From NCBI GenBank assembly GCA_040008015.1, contig JBDTTZ010000492.1, forward strand, positions 1 to 38,475: a stretch of DNA of 38,475 bases, in the 5' to 3' direction. This document shows, piece by piece, positions 1-7,670 of the stretch (its first letter is position 1; every line of letters starts with the position of its first letter). The DNA comes from Gemmatimonadota bacterium. Its GTDB lineage: Bacteria; Gemmatimonadota; Gemmatimonadetes; Gemmatimonadales; GWC2-71-9. A model generated the notes under the pieces. The model had not been told where the DNA came from. It was given only the letters and a program-made list of their open reading frames with translations, and searched no databases. Both the position numbers and the translations under genes were made by a program.

Positions 1-605
1 TGCTCGACCGGCTCAAGGCCCAGTATCCCGATGCCCGCTGCGCGCTGAACCACGAGTCGCCCTACCAGCTGATCGTGGCCACCATTCTCTCGGCGCAGTG
101 CACCGATGCCCGGGTCAACATGGTGACGCCCGACCTGTTTCAGCGCTACCCCGGCGTGCATGAGCTCGCCCGCGCCAACCCGCTCGAGCTGGAAGCCATC
201 ATCAAGTCCACCGGTTTCTTTCGCAACAAGACGAAGAGCCTGATCGGGATGGCCCAGGCCGTGGTGGCCGATCACGACGGGAAGCTGCCCCGCACCATGG
301 CGGAGTTGAACAAGCTTCCCGGCGTGGGCCGCAAGACCGCGAACGTGGTGCTGGGGAACGCATTCGGCATCGACGAAGGAATCGTGGTGGATACCCACGT
401 GACGCGCCTGAGCCAGCTGCTGGGCTGGACCGTCAACACCGATCCGGAAAAGATCGAGCAGGATCTCATGGAGCTGTTCCCCAGGGAAGAATGGACCCTG
501 CTGTCCCATCTGCTGATTTTTCACGGCCGCCAGGTCTGTATTGCCCGCCGGCCGCAACACGAGGCCTGCGTTCTCAACGACATCTGTCCTTCTGCAAGAC
601 TGTGA
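1..605 (+). CDS. nth: Endonuclease III (Nth), 5' end cut by the window edge
   Basis: The frame stays open back to nt 3 (LDRLKAQYPDARCALNHESPYQLIVATILSAQCTDARVN). HhH motif LPGVGRKTANVVL. C-terminal Fe-S loop VCIARRPQHEACVLNDIC. Stop TGA at 603-605. Confidence 0.9.
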   Translation, partial: LDRLKAQYPDARCALNHESPYQLIVATILSAQCTDARVNMVTPDLFQRYPGVHELARANPLELEAIIKSTGFFRNKTKSLIGMAQAVVADHDGKLPRTMAELNKLPGVGRKTANVVLGNAFGIDEGIVVDTHVTRLSQLLGWTVNTDPEKIEQDLMELFPREEWTLLSHLLIFHGRQVCIARRPQHEACVLNDICPSARL

Positions 606-640
606 GTTCGCCAACGTCCCGCCGGCTCCCCTGAAGGGTA

Positions 641-804
641 CCGTTTTCAACGCAGAGCCTCAGAGGCTCAGAGAATACTGGCAAAACCAACATTCATATG
701 GCGGATGATTTTGGTTGTGGAACGACCGACCTGATGGGATGCTGAGCCCCGTAAGAAGTTGCCATAAGCTATCTGCCATGGGCCAGTCTCTGAGTTGAAA
801 ACGG
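641..804. repeat. Tandem-unit hairpin element, CAGAGNCT type, with about 100-nt low-GC insert
   Basis: Left arm is CCGTTTTCAAC + CAGAGCCT CAGAGGCT CAGAGAAT + ACTGGC (641-682). Right arm is GCCAGT + CTCTGAG + TTGAAAACGG (782-804). The 11-nt clamp and the inner 6-mer are perfectly complementary. Unit count is 3 on the left and 1 on the right. Confidence 0.9.
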
Positions 805-847
805 CGCCCCGCAAGGGACAGCAGACTACCCCGCTAGATTCCCTCTT

Positions 848-2935
848 ATGAATCGCCTCGGCTCCGCACCATCGGCCTATCTCCATTCCGCCGCGCACCA
901 GCCGGTGCACTGGTATCCCTGGAGCGACGAAGCTTTCGCCGCGGCCCAGAAAGCGGATCGCCCGATCCTGCTCGATATCGGCGCGGTCTGGTGTCACTGG
1001 TGCCACGTCATGGACGGGGAGTCGTACGAAGACCCGGCGCTGGCCGGTTTCCTGAACCAGAACTTCATCGCCATCAAGGTGGACCGGGACGAGCGCCCCG
1101 ACGTCGACGCCCGGTACCAGCGCGCGGTCCAGGCTTTCTCCGGCCAGGGCGGCTGGCCGCTGACCGGTTTCCTCACACCCAAAGGCGAGGTCTTCTACGG
1201 CGGCACTTACTTCCCGCCCGATGGGAAGTACGGGCGCCCCGGGTTCCGGAGCGTGCTGGAACAGGTCCTCGGCATCTATCGCCAGCAGCAGGACCGGGTG
1301 GTGTCGCAATCGGAGGCGGTGCAGCGGATCGTGGCGGAGTCGCTGGACGAGACCGCGTCCGGCGCGGCGAGTGACACGATCCTGGAGCAGGCGATCGAGC
1401 GGATGAAGCGAAGCTTCGACTTTGCCAACGGCGGATTCGGCAACGCGCCCAAGTTCCCCCACCCCGCGGCGATCGCGCTGCTGCTGCGCCGCTACCTGGA
1501 TCAACCGGAGCCCGTTCTCCGCGAAATGATCGAGGCCAAGCTCGACGCCATGGCCCGGGGCGGGATTCACGACCACCTCGGTGGCGGCTTTCACCGCTAC
1601 AGCACCGATGCCCGCTGGATCGTGCCCCACTTCGAGAAGATGTCCTACGACAACTCCGAGCTGCTCAAGGCCTATCTCGACTGCTACGCAGCGTTCGGGA
1701 ACGAGGAGTTCGGGGAAACGGCGCGGGGGATCGTGCGCTTTGTCCGGGAAGTGCTCGCCGATGCCGGTGGCGGCTACGCCGCCAGCCAGGATGCGGATGT
1801 CGGCCTGGACGACGACGGGGACTACTTCACCTGGACGCTGGAAGAGGCCCAGGCCGTGCTCTCCGGCAGCGAGCTGGATGTCGCCACCACGTACTATGAC
1901 ATCGGGACCGCGGGTGAAATGCATCACAACCCCGGCAAGAACGTGCTCTATGTCAGCGCACCACTGGAGACCGTCGCCATCCGGCTGGGGATTCCACTGG
2001 AGGAAGTGATGCGCGTCCTGCCGGTGGCGGCGGGCCGGCTCCGCGCCGCTCGCGCGAAGCGCACCGCGCCTTTCGTGGATCCGACCCGCTACACCAGCTG
2101 GAACGCCATGCTGGCGAGCGCCCTGCTCGCGGCCGGCGCGGTCCTGATCGACGACTGGGCCCGGGAGAACGCGCTGGGAACTCTGCGGCGGATTCAGCGC
2201 GAGAACACCGAGCCCGACGTGGTGGGTCACACCCCGGGCGGCGCGCAGCACCTGCTGGACGACCAGGTCCAGGTCGCCAACGCGAGCCTAGACGCGTGGG
2301 AGGCAACCGGCGACTCGTCCTGGTTGGCGTGGAGCATCCGGATCATGCAGCGGGTGTGGCGGGACTTCTGGGACCCGGCAGGCGGCGGATTCTTTGACTC
2401 CCGCGCGGCTGAAGGATCGGCGGGACTCCTGCCGCTTCCTTCCAAGCTGGTGCAGGACGCGCCGACGCCGTCACCCAACGGAGTGGCTGGAATCGTCCTT
2501 GCGCGGCTGGCGGAGATCACCGGTGATCCGGCCTGGCAGCTGCGCCGCGATGAGCTGGTCAGGACTTTCGCCGGCGGCGCCGCCGACCTGGGACTGCACG
2601 GCGCCACGTTTCTGATTGCGATGGACTGGACGCTCAGGCCGCCGGCTCACTTCGTGATTGTTGGCCCGGCCGGCGATCCTGAGGCCGAGCGGATGCACCG
2701 CCGCGCCCTGGGTACGTTCCTTCCGCGCCGAGTTGTCCTCAGGGTTACTCCGGAATCTCTGGCCACGACCGCACTGCCTCCAGCGGTTCGCGGCATGATT
2801 GACAATGCGCCAGGGTCCAGGGCATACGCCTGCGTGGGGACCAGTTGTCGAGTGCCGGTCACGAACGATACCGAGTGGAAAGCCACCCTCGACCAGCTCG
2901 CCCCCAATGCAGTCATTCCTGCCGTGGAAAGTTGA
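848..2935 (+). CDS. Thioredoxin-fold protein of the DUF255/YyaL (SSP411-like) family
   Basis: 695 aa. N-terminal thioredoxin-like motif GAVWCHWCHVMD, followed by a long alpha-helical (six-hairpin-like) region typical of the family. Confidence 0.85.
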   Translation: MNRLGSAPSAYLHSAAHQPVHWYPWSDEAFAAAQKADRPILLDIGAVWCHWCHVMDGESYEDPALAGFLNQNFIAIKVDRDERPDVDARYQRAVQAFSGQGGWPLTGFLTPKGEVFYGGTYFPPDGKYGRPGFRSVLEQVLGIYRQQQDRVVSQSEAVQRIVAESLDETASGAASDTILEQAIERMKRSFDFANGGFGNAPKFPHPAAIALLLRRYLDQPEPVLREMIEAKLDAMARGGIHDHLGGGFHRYSTDARWIVPHFEKMSYDNSELLKAYLDCYAAFGNEEFGETARGIVRFVREVLADAGGGYAASQDADVGLDDDGDYFTWTLEEAQAVLSGSELDVATTYYDIGTAGEMHHNPGKNVLYVSAPLETVAIRLGIPLEEVMRVLPVAAGRLRAARAKRTAPFVDPTRYTSWNAMLASALLAAGAVLIDDWARENALGTLRRIQRENTEPDVVGHTPGGAQHLLDDQVQVANASLDAWEATGDSSWLAWSIRIMQRVWRDFWDPAGGGFFDSRAAEGSAGLLPLPSKLVQDAPTPSPNGVAGIVLARLAEITGDPAWQLRRDELVRTFAGGAADLGLHGATFLIAMDWTLRPPAHFVIVGPAGDPEAERMHRRALGTFLPRRVVLRVTPESLATTALPPAVRGMIDNAPGSRAYACVGTSCRVPVTNDTEWKATLDQLAPNAVIPAVES

Positions 2936-2952
2936 GCGTCCCCCGATATCAA

Positions 2953-3036
2953 CCTTTTTCAATACAGAGCCTCAGAGACTCAGAGGAACAAACAGACTGT
3001 TTTCTCTGAGCCTCTGTGGCTCTGAGTTGAAAAAGG
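2953..3036. repeat. Tandem-unit hairpin element, CAGAGNCT type, compact copy
   Basis: CCTTTTTCAATACAGAGCCTCAGAGACTCAGAGG...CTCTGAGCCTCTGTGGCTCTGAGTTGAAAAAGG. My hand pairing gives roughly 35 bp with a few mismatches. Confidence 0.9.
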
Positions 3037-3095
3037 TGGCGCGCAAAGGTGCCCAGCCAGCCCGCACTGGTTTACCTTCCAACGATGGCCTCAAA

Positions 3096-3119
3096 TCTCT
3101 CTCTCTCACTCTCTTTCTC
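3096..3119. repeat. Polypyrimidine (CT) low-complexity tract immediately upstream of ppiB
   Basis: TCTCTCTCTCTCACTCTCTTTCTC, ending 5 nt before the ppiB ATG. Confidence 0.9.
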
Positions 3120-3124
3120 AGAAA

Positions 3125-3574
3125 ATGAAAACCGCTAGCATCGACACCTCGCGCGGCACCATCACCGTTGAGCTCTTCGATACCGAAGTGCCCGGCACCG
3201 TCGCCAATTTCGAGAAGCTCGCCGGCCAGAATTTCTACGACGGCACCCGCTTTCACCGGGTGATTCCCAATTTCATGATCCAGGGCGGGGACCCGCTTTC
3301 CAAGGATCCCAACAACCCCCGGGCCGGCACCGGCGGGCCGGGCTACAAGATCAAGTGCGAGACCCACCTCAACACCCACAAGCATGTGGCGGGAACCCTG
3401 TCGATGGCCCACGCCGGTAAGGATACCGGCGGCAGCCAGTTCTTCGTCTGCCATGCCCCCCAGCCGCATCTCGACAAGGTGCATACCGTGTTCGGCCAGG
3501 TGACCAAGGGCATGGACGTGGTGAATGCGATCCGGCAGGGCGATGAGATCAAGTCGATCACGGTGACCGGGTGA
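3125..3574 (+). CDS. ppiB: Peptidyl-prolyl cis-trans isomerase, cyclophilin type
   Basis: Hallmark [15 protein letters not shown] and [18 protein letters not shown]. 149 aa with no signal peptide. Confidence 0.9.
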   Translation: MKTASIDTSRGTITVELFDTEVPGTVANFEKLAGQNFYDGTRFHRVIPNFMIQGGDPLSKDPNNPRAGTGGPGYKIKCETHLNTHKHVAGTLSMAHAGKDTGGSQFFVCHAPQPHLDKVHTVFGQVTKGMDVVNAIRQGDEIKSITVTG

Positions 3575-3975
3575 ACCTCGATTTTGCCGTGCTGGCCGAT
3601 TATGCCCTGATCGACCAGCAAGGCAAGCTTTCGATCATCGGGATTTTTCAGCACGTCTGGGTCACTTCGTTTCCCACGGTAAACGCCCGGACCCATCTCG
3701 TGCTTCGGGTCAAAGGCCGGCGGACCGAGATCGGCAACCACTCCATTCGCATCCGCTTTGTGGATGCCGAAGGCCAGGAGCTCCTGGGCGGCGAAGGCAC
3801 GGTGCAGTTCGGAGAGCCGGTGGCCGGCGTCACCGAGCTGGAAGCGGGCGCTGTCCTGGTGTTCGATATCCCGCTTCCCATGGCCGGCCAGTACGCCTTC
3901 GAAATCAGCCTCGACGGCCAACTCTCAACCCGGGTGCCGCTCACGGCAGCACCGGTAGTGCGTCCGAAGGAATAG
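3571..3975 (+). CDS. Hypothetical protein (134 aa, beta-rich, no motif recognised)
   Basis: GTG start overlaps the ppiB stop (GTGA), implying translational coupling. Codon usage is coding-like. No family assigned with confidence. Confidence 0.55.
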   Translation: MNLDFAVLADYALIDQQGKLSIIGIFQHVWVTSFPTVNARTHLVLRVKGRRTEIGNHSIRIRFVDAEGQELLGGEGTVQFGEPVAGVTELEAGAVLVFDIPLPMAGQYAFEISLDGQLSTRVPLTAAPVVRPKE

Positions 3976-4027
3976 AATGACCTGTCCTTCGATCCTCATT
4001 CAAGAACGCGGTCCACGGAGTATCTCT

Positions 4028-5419
4028 ATGCGACGGTTCCCAGTCTGGCTGGCCGCCGGCGTCCTTGCCGGTGCCATGGCTGCCCCTCGAACGATCCTGG
4101 CGCAGGGCTATGGAGTCTACGAGCACGGCACCTGCGCGATGGCGCGGGCCGGTGCGGCCGTCGCCTCCCCATGCGATGACGCCTCCACAATCTTCTTCAA
4201 TCCTGCGGGGCTCGCGCTGGCCGATCACCAGCTCGTCAGCGCCGGCGGCACCCTGATTGCGCCATCGGGACAGTTCGAGAACGACAACACCGGAATCAAG
4301 ACCAGGATGAACCGGCGGGTCTACCCGGTTCCTCATTTCTACTTTCAGCATCCCATCAGCAAGCGGATTGTCGCCGGGTTCGGTTTCTTCGTCCCCTACG
4401 GCCTGGAAACCGATTGGCCGGAGAACTTCGAAGGGCGATTCCTGGGCTACAAGAGCCTGGTCCAGGGTTTCTATCTCCAGCCGACGGTCGCCGCGAAAAT
4501 CACCGACCGGATCATGGTCGGCGCCGGGGTGGACTTCACCTACCTGAAGGTCGGGCTGCATCAGCACCTCGACCTCGCCCCCCAGGCGCTGCCCCCGCCG
4601 GCGCCGCCCGGAGCCACCTTCGCCAACCTGGGCATTCAGCAGCGCACCGACTTCGCCAACGCCGATCTCGTGGGACATGGCTGGAACCTGGGGTACAACC
4701 TGGGGATCCTCTGGCAGGCGACCGACAAATTTTCCCTGGGAGTTCGCTTCCTCTCCCGGCAGAAGGTTGAGATCAATGACGCCGACGTGACCTTCACCCA
4801 GATCGCGACCAACGATACCCTCGCCATGGGCAACCCCTTCGGCGTGCCGCCCGGTACCACCCTCGACCAGGTGCTGGCGTCGCGCTTCCTCGACGATTCG
4901 ACGCTCGGCAAGCAAAGCGGCCAGACCTCGCTGACACTGCCGGAGCAGCTGGTTCTCGGCGCGGCCTACCAGCTCACCCCCCGGTTCAAGCTGCTCTTCG
5001 ATTATCAGCATACGAACTGGAAAGTCTTCGATCGCCTGGTGATCGACTTCGACCACGCGGGCCAGCGGACAATCGTGGAGGACTACAAGGCGAGCGACGG
5101 GGTCCGGCTGGGCGGGGAATACGCCTGGACCTCCAACACCACGGTGCGCGCCGGGTTCCTCACCCACACCGAGGCGGCACCGGACCAGACGGTGACGCCG
5201 AATCTGCCGGAAGGTCCGCGCTCCGAGTTTACCCTGGGCCTGGGGACCCGGTTGACCAATTCACTCCGGGTCGATCTCGCTTACCAGTACATCGACCAGG
5301 CCGACCGGCGCGGACGCACCACCGATGGCGGCCAGGCGGTGCCGACCACCGCGGTCAACAACGGCCTCTACACTTTCCATGCTCATCTCTTCGGCGCGAC
5401 GTTCGCGCTGGCGTTCTGA
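4028..5419 (+). CDS. Outer-membrane transport protein, OMPP1/FadL/TodX family
   Basis: I chose the start at ATG 4028, which gives signal peptide MRRFPVWLAAGVLAGAMAAPRTILAQ; the track start 3977 is rejected. The beta-barrel-like sequence ends in a terminal Phe (FALAF). FadL-like N-terminal GYGVYEHGTCAMARAGA. Confidence 0.8.
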   Translation: MRRFPVWLAAGVLAGAMAAPRTILAQGYGVYEHGTCAMARAGAAVASPCDDASTIFFNPAGLALADHQLVSAGGTLIAPSGQFENDNTGIKTRMNRRVYPVPHFYFQHPISKRIVAGFGFFVPYGLETDWPENFEGRFLGYKSLVQGFYLQPTVAAKITDRIMVGAGVDFTYLKVGLHQHLDLAPQALPPPAPPGATFANLGIQQRTDFANADLVGHGWNLGYNLGILWQATDKFSLGVRFLSRQKVEINDADVTFTQIATNDTLAMGNPFGVPPGTTLDQVLASRFLDDSTLGKQSGQTSLTLPEQLVLGAAYQLTPRFKLLFDYQHTNWKVFDRLVIDFDHAGQRTIVEDYKASDGVRLGGEYAWTSNTTVRAGFLTHTEAAPDQTVTPNLPEGPRSEFTLGLGTRLTNSLRVDLAYQYIDQADRRGRTTDGGQAVPTTAVNNGLYTFHAHLFGATFALAF

Positions 5420-5435
5420 CAGGGAGACCACGATC

Positions 5436-6707
5436 ATGAAACCTCGCTATCTCGCCGCCTCCCTGGCGCTGGCCCTCGCGATCCTTGCCGGCTGCCATTC
5501 CGACGACTCGCTGAATCCGCCCGCTTCGCCCCCGGTCCCCAGCGGCGGCGCGATCTTCCAGCGCTACGTCGCGCTGGGCAACAGCATCACCGCCGGTGTG
5601 CAGTCCGCCGGCATTAACGACAGCACTCAGGCCCGCTCCTACGCCTTGCTGGTGGCCGAGGCCATGGGAACCAGCTTCATCTATCCCCGGCTCAATATGC
5701 CGGGCTGTCCCCCGCCGTTTCTCAATAACGTGACCCAGACCCGGGTGAACCTGCCCGGACTGCCGCCTCCGGACGACATGACCTGCTATCTCCGGCAGAG
5801 CAACGTCACGCCCAACAATGTCGCTGTCCCCTTCGCCCGGGCGACCGAAGTGCTTACCAACTTCGCGGTGCCTTCCCGGGCCAATGCGCTGACCACGATG
5901 TTCCTGGGCGGCCGGAACCAGGTGAAGGCGATGCGCGACCAGAACCCGACCTTTGTCTCGCTCTGGATCGGGAACAACGATGCGCTGGCGGCACTGACCA
6001 ACCTGGTGAACCCGGGTAATCCCGATTCGGTCACCGACGTCGCCGTCTTTCAGAGCCAGTACACCGCAATCCTCGACAGCATCGCCGCGACCGGGGCCCA
6101 GGCCGTCCTCCTCACGGTCGCCGACATATCGGTGATCCCCTACGCCTCGCGCGGCTCGGTGTACTGGTGTCTCCGGACTGGCCTTTGCCCCGGCATTCCT
6201 CAGCAGCTCCCGTCCGCCCTGACGGTCTCCAACAATTGCGCACCCAACGCCGCGATTCCCGGCTCCAAGGGTGACTCCATCCTGGTGCCGTGGCCGATCG
6301 GGGTTCCCAAGATCGCCGCCGCCGCCGCGGGCCAGCCCACCACGCTTGACTGCAGCGTGGACACCGACGTCATCACTCCGAGCGAGTACGCCGGATTGCG
6401 CAACGCGGTCCTCGGCTTCAACACCTTCATCCAGACCCAGGCCGCCACCCGGGGCTACGCCTTCGTCGACGTGAACCCGCCGCTTCTCCAAAAAGTGGGC
6501 ACCGGGGAGATTCCGCCTTTCCCGGATCTGAGCCAGGCGCTATCCGGAGGGAACATTGGGTTCGGTCCGCTCTTCTCGCTGGACGGCGTCCACCCCAGCA
6601 CGGTCGCCCACCGCCTGGTGGCCGACTCGGTAGCGTCCGCGATCAACCAGAAGTACGGCACCACGCTCCCGGTACCGGTGTGCGGAGCGATTAGCTGCCC
6701 GAACTGA
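5436..6707 (+). CDS. SGNH/GDSL-type hydrolase lipoprotein
   Basis: ATG 5436 is preceded by AGGGAGA. Lipobox LAILAGC. Block I is ALGNSITAG and block V is DGVHPS. The track start 5325 overlaps the upstream gene and is rejected. Confidence 0.75.
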   Translation: MKPRYLAASLALALAILAGCHSDDSLNPPASPPVPSGGAIFQRYVALGNSITAGVQSAGINDSTQARSYALLVAEAMGTSFIYPRLNMPGCPPPFLNNVTQTRVNLPGLPPPDDMTCYLRQSNVTPNNVAVPFARATEVLTNFAVPSRANALTTMFLGGRNQVKAMRDQNPTFVSLWIGNNDALAALTNLVNPGNPDSVTDVAVFQSQYTAILDSIAATGAQAVLLTVADISVIPYASRGSVYWCLRTGLCPGIPQQLPSALTVSNNCAPNAAIPGSKGDSILVPWPIGVPKIAAAAAGQPTTLDCSVDTDVITPSEYAGLRNAVLGFNTFIQTQAATRGYAFVDVNPPLLQKVGTGEIPPFPDLSQALSGGNIGFGPLFSLDGVHPSTVAHRLVADSVASAINQKYGTTLPVPVCGAISCPN

Positions 6708-6858
6708 GACGGTAGGACGGAAAGACAGTAAGACGGTATGGTGGAGACAGTCACCCTACCGCCTTTGTCGTTTCCATTCTTAATTCATCTCTGGTTCCGT
6801 TCTCCATCCTGCGGTGAAGGCGGTCACCTACCGTCTTACCGTCTTACCGTCCTACCGT
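6708..6858. repeat. Tandem-unit hairpin element, GACGGTAR octamer type
   Basis: Left arm has 4 units (GACGGTAG GACGGAAA GACAGTAA GACGGTAT, 6708-6739). Right arm has 4 units of YTACCGTC (6827-6858). Internal oppositely oriented ACCGCC and GGCGGT copies sit at 6754-6762 and 6818-6826. Confidence 0.9.
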
Positions 6859-6864
6859 CTTTCT

Positions 6865-7446
6865 ATGACCTGGAATCGCGAGCGAGCGCTGGCCCTGATG
6901 CACGAGTACACCGCCTCGGAAGCGCTGCGGAAGCACATGTACGCGGTGGAGATCGCCATGCGGGCGATGGCGATAAAGGCGGGCGAAAACCCCGATGAAT
7001 GGGGCATCGTGGGGTTGCTGCACGATTTCGATTACGAGCGCTTTCCCAATGCCGCCCACTCGCCGACCGAGGAGCATCCCGCCGAGGGCGTGCGCATCCT
7101 GGCGGCGCAGGGTTTCCCCGACGCCTGGCAGCGCGCCATCCTGGGTCATGCCACCTATTCCGGAGTCCCGCGGGACACGCCGCTGGCCAAGGCGCTCTTC
7201 GCGGTAGACGAGATTTCCGGGTTCCTGGTCGCCTGCGCGCTGGTCCGGCCCACCAGGAGCCTCCAGGACCTCGAAGTTTCCAGCGTCAAGAAGAAGTTCA
7301 AGGACAAGGCATTCGCCCGTGGGGTGAGCCGGGAGGATGTGATCCAGGGCGCCGCGGAGCTGGGCGTTCCGCTCGATGATCATATCCAGTTCGTGCTGGA
7401 GGCCCTGAGGCCGGAGGAGAAGGTGCTGGGGTTGGGCGTGGGGTAG
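6865..7446 (+). CDS. HD-domain phosphohydrolase
   Basis: MTWNRERALALMHEY... with the HD motif in LLHDFDYERF. The track start 6814 lies inside the octamer repeat array (it translates as [11 protein letters not shown]) and is rejected. Confidence 0.8.
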   Translation: MTWNRERALALMHEYTASEALRKHMYAVEIAMRAMAIKAGENPDEWGIVGLLHDFDYERFPNAAHSPTEEHPAEGVRILAAQGFPDAWQRAILGHATYSGVPRDTPLAKALFAVDEISGFLVACALVRPTRSLQDLEVSSVKKKFKDKAFARGVSREDVIQGAAELGVPLDDHIQFVLEALRPEEKVLGLGVG

Positions 7447-7467
7447 TCAAGCGACCTCTGGACAGCG

Positions 7468-7670
7468 CCCTTTTCAACTCAGAGCCTCAGAGACAACAGT
7501 CAGTGCTCCGTCGAGTTACCCATTTTCAACGCTCGGCAACTCCAATTGTTTTTCTATGTGGCCCTAAGTGTCCTACGTGACTACGTGTTGAAAACGATCG
7601 TTTGGTAAGGAGTGACCATCCGACTTCCCGCCGATCCCTCTGAGCCTTTGAGTCTCTGCGTTAAAAACGG
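7468..7670. repeat. Tandem-unit hairpin element, CAGAGNCT type, outer copy of a nested pair
   Basis: Left end is CCCTTTTCAAC TCAGAGCCTCAGAGACA (7468-7494). Right end is CCCTCTGAGCCTTTGAGTCTCTGC GTTAAAAACGG (7636-7670). Confidence 0.85.
7521..7596. repeat. Second TTTTCAAC...GTTGAAAA-clamped element lying inside the 7468-7670 element
   Basis: CATTTTCAACGC... (7521-) and ...CCTACGTGACTACGTGTTGAAAACG (to 7596). The arms between the clamps are only partly complementary, so this looks like a degenerate copy. Confidence 0.6.

Noticed and set aside
641-804. The clamped elements as classical MITEs with target-site duplications.
   Set aside because: I compared the flanks of the three clamped copies: GGTA/CGCC, TCAA/TGGC and GCG/CAG. 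They show no direct duplication, and no transposase is present in the window.
668-2251. A 527-aa ORF on the minus strand, antisense to the DUF255 gene. Similar long antisense ORFs occur at 3941-5167, 5355-6491, 10261-11055, 12605-14353, 14605-15576, 15711-16739, 16995-17879, 19759-20883, 21024-21899, 28078-29139, 28925-29902, 31564-32631 and 33144-34169.
   Set aside because: They have Arg/Pro/Gly/Ala-rich, motif-free translations, and each lies opposite a gene with clear family motifs. This is the usual stop-codon-poor shadow-frame artefact of GC-rich DNA.
2953-3036. CAGAGNCT hairpins as rho-independent terminators.
   Set aside because: The T-run lies 5' of the stem and the A-run 3' of it on both strands. 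That is the opposite of intrinsic-terminator polarity, so a terminator call is not supported by sequence alone.
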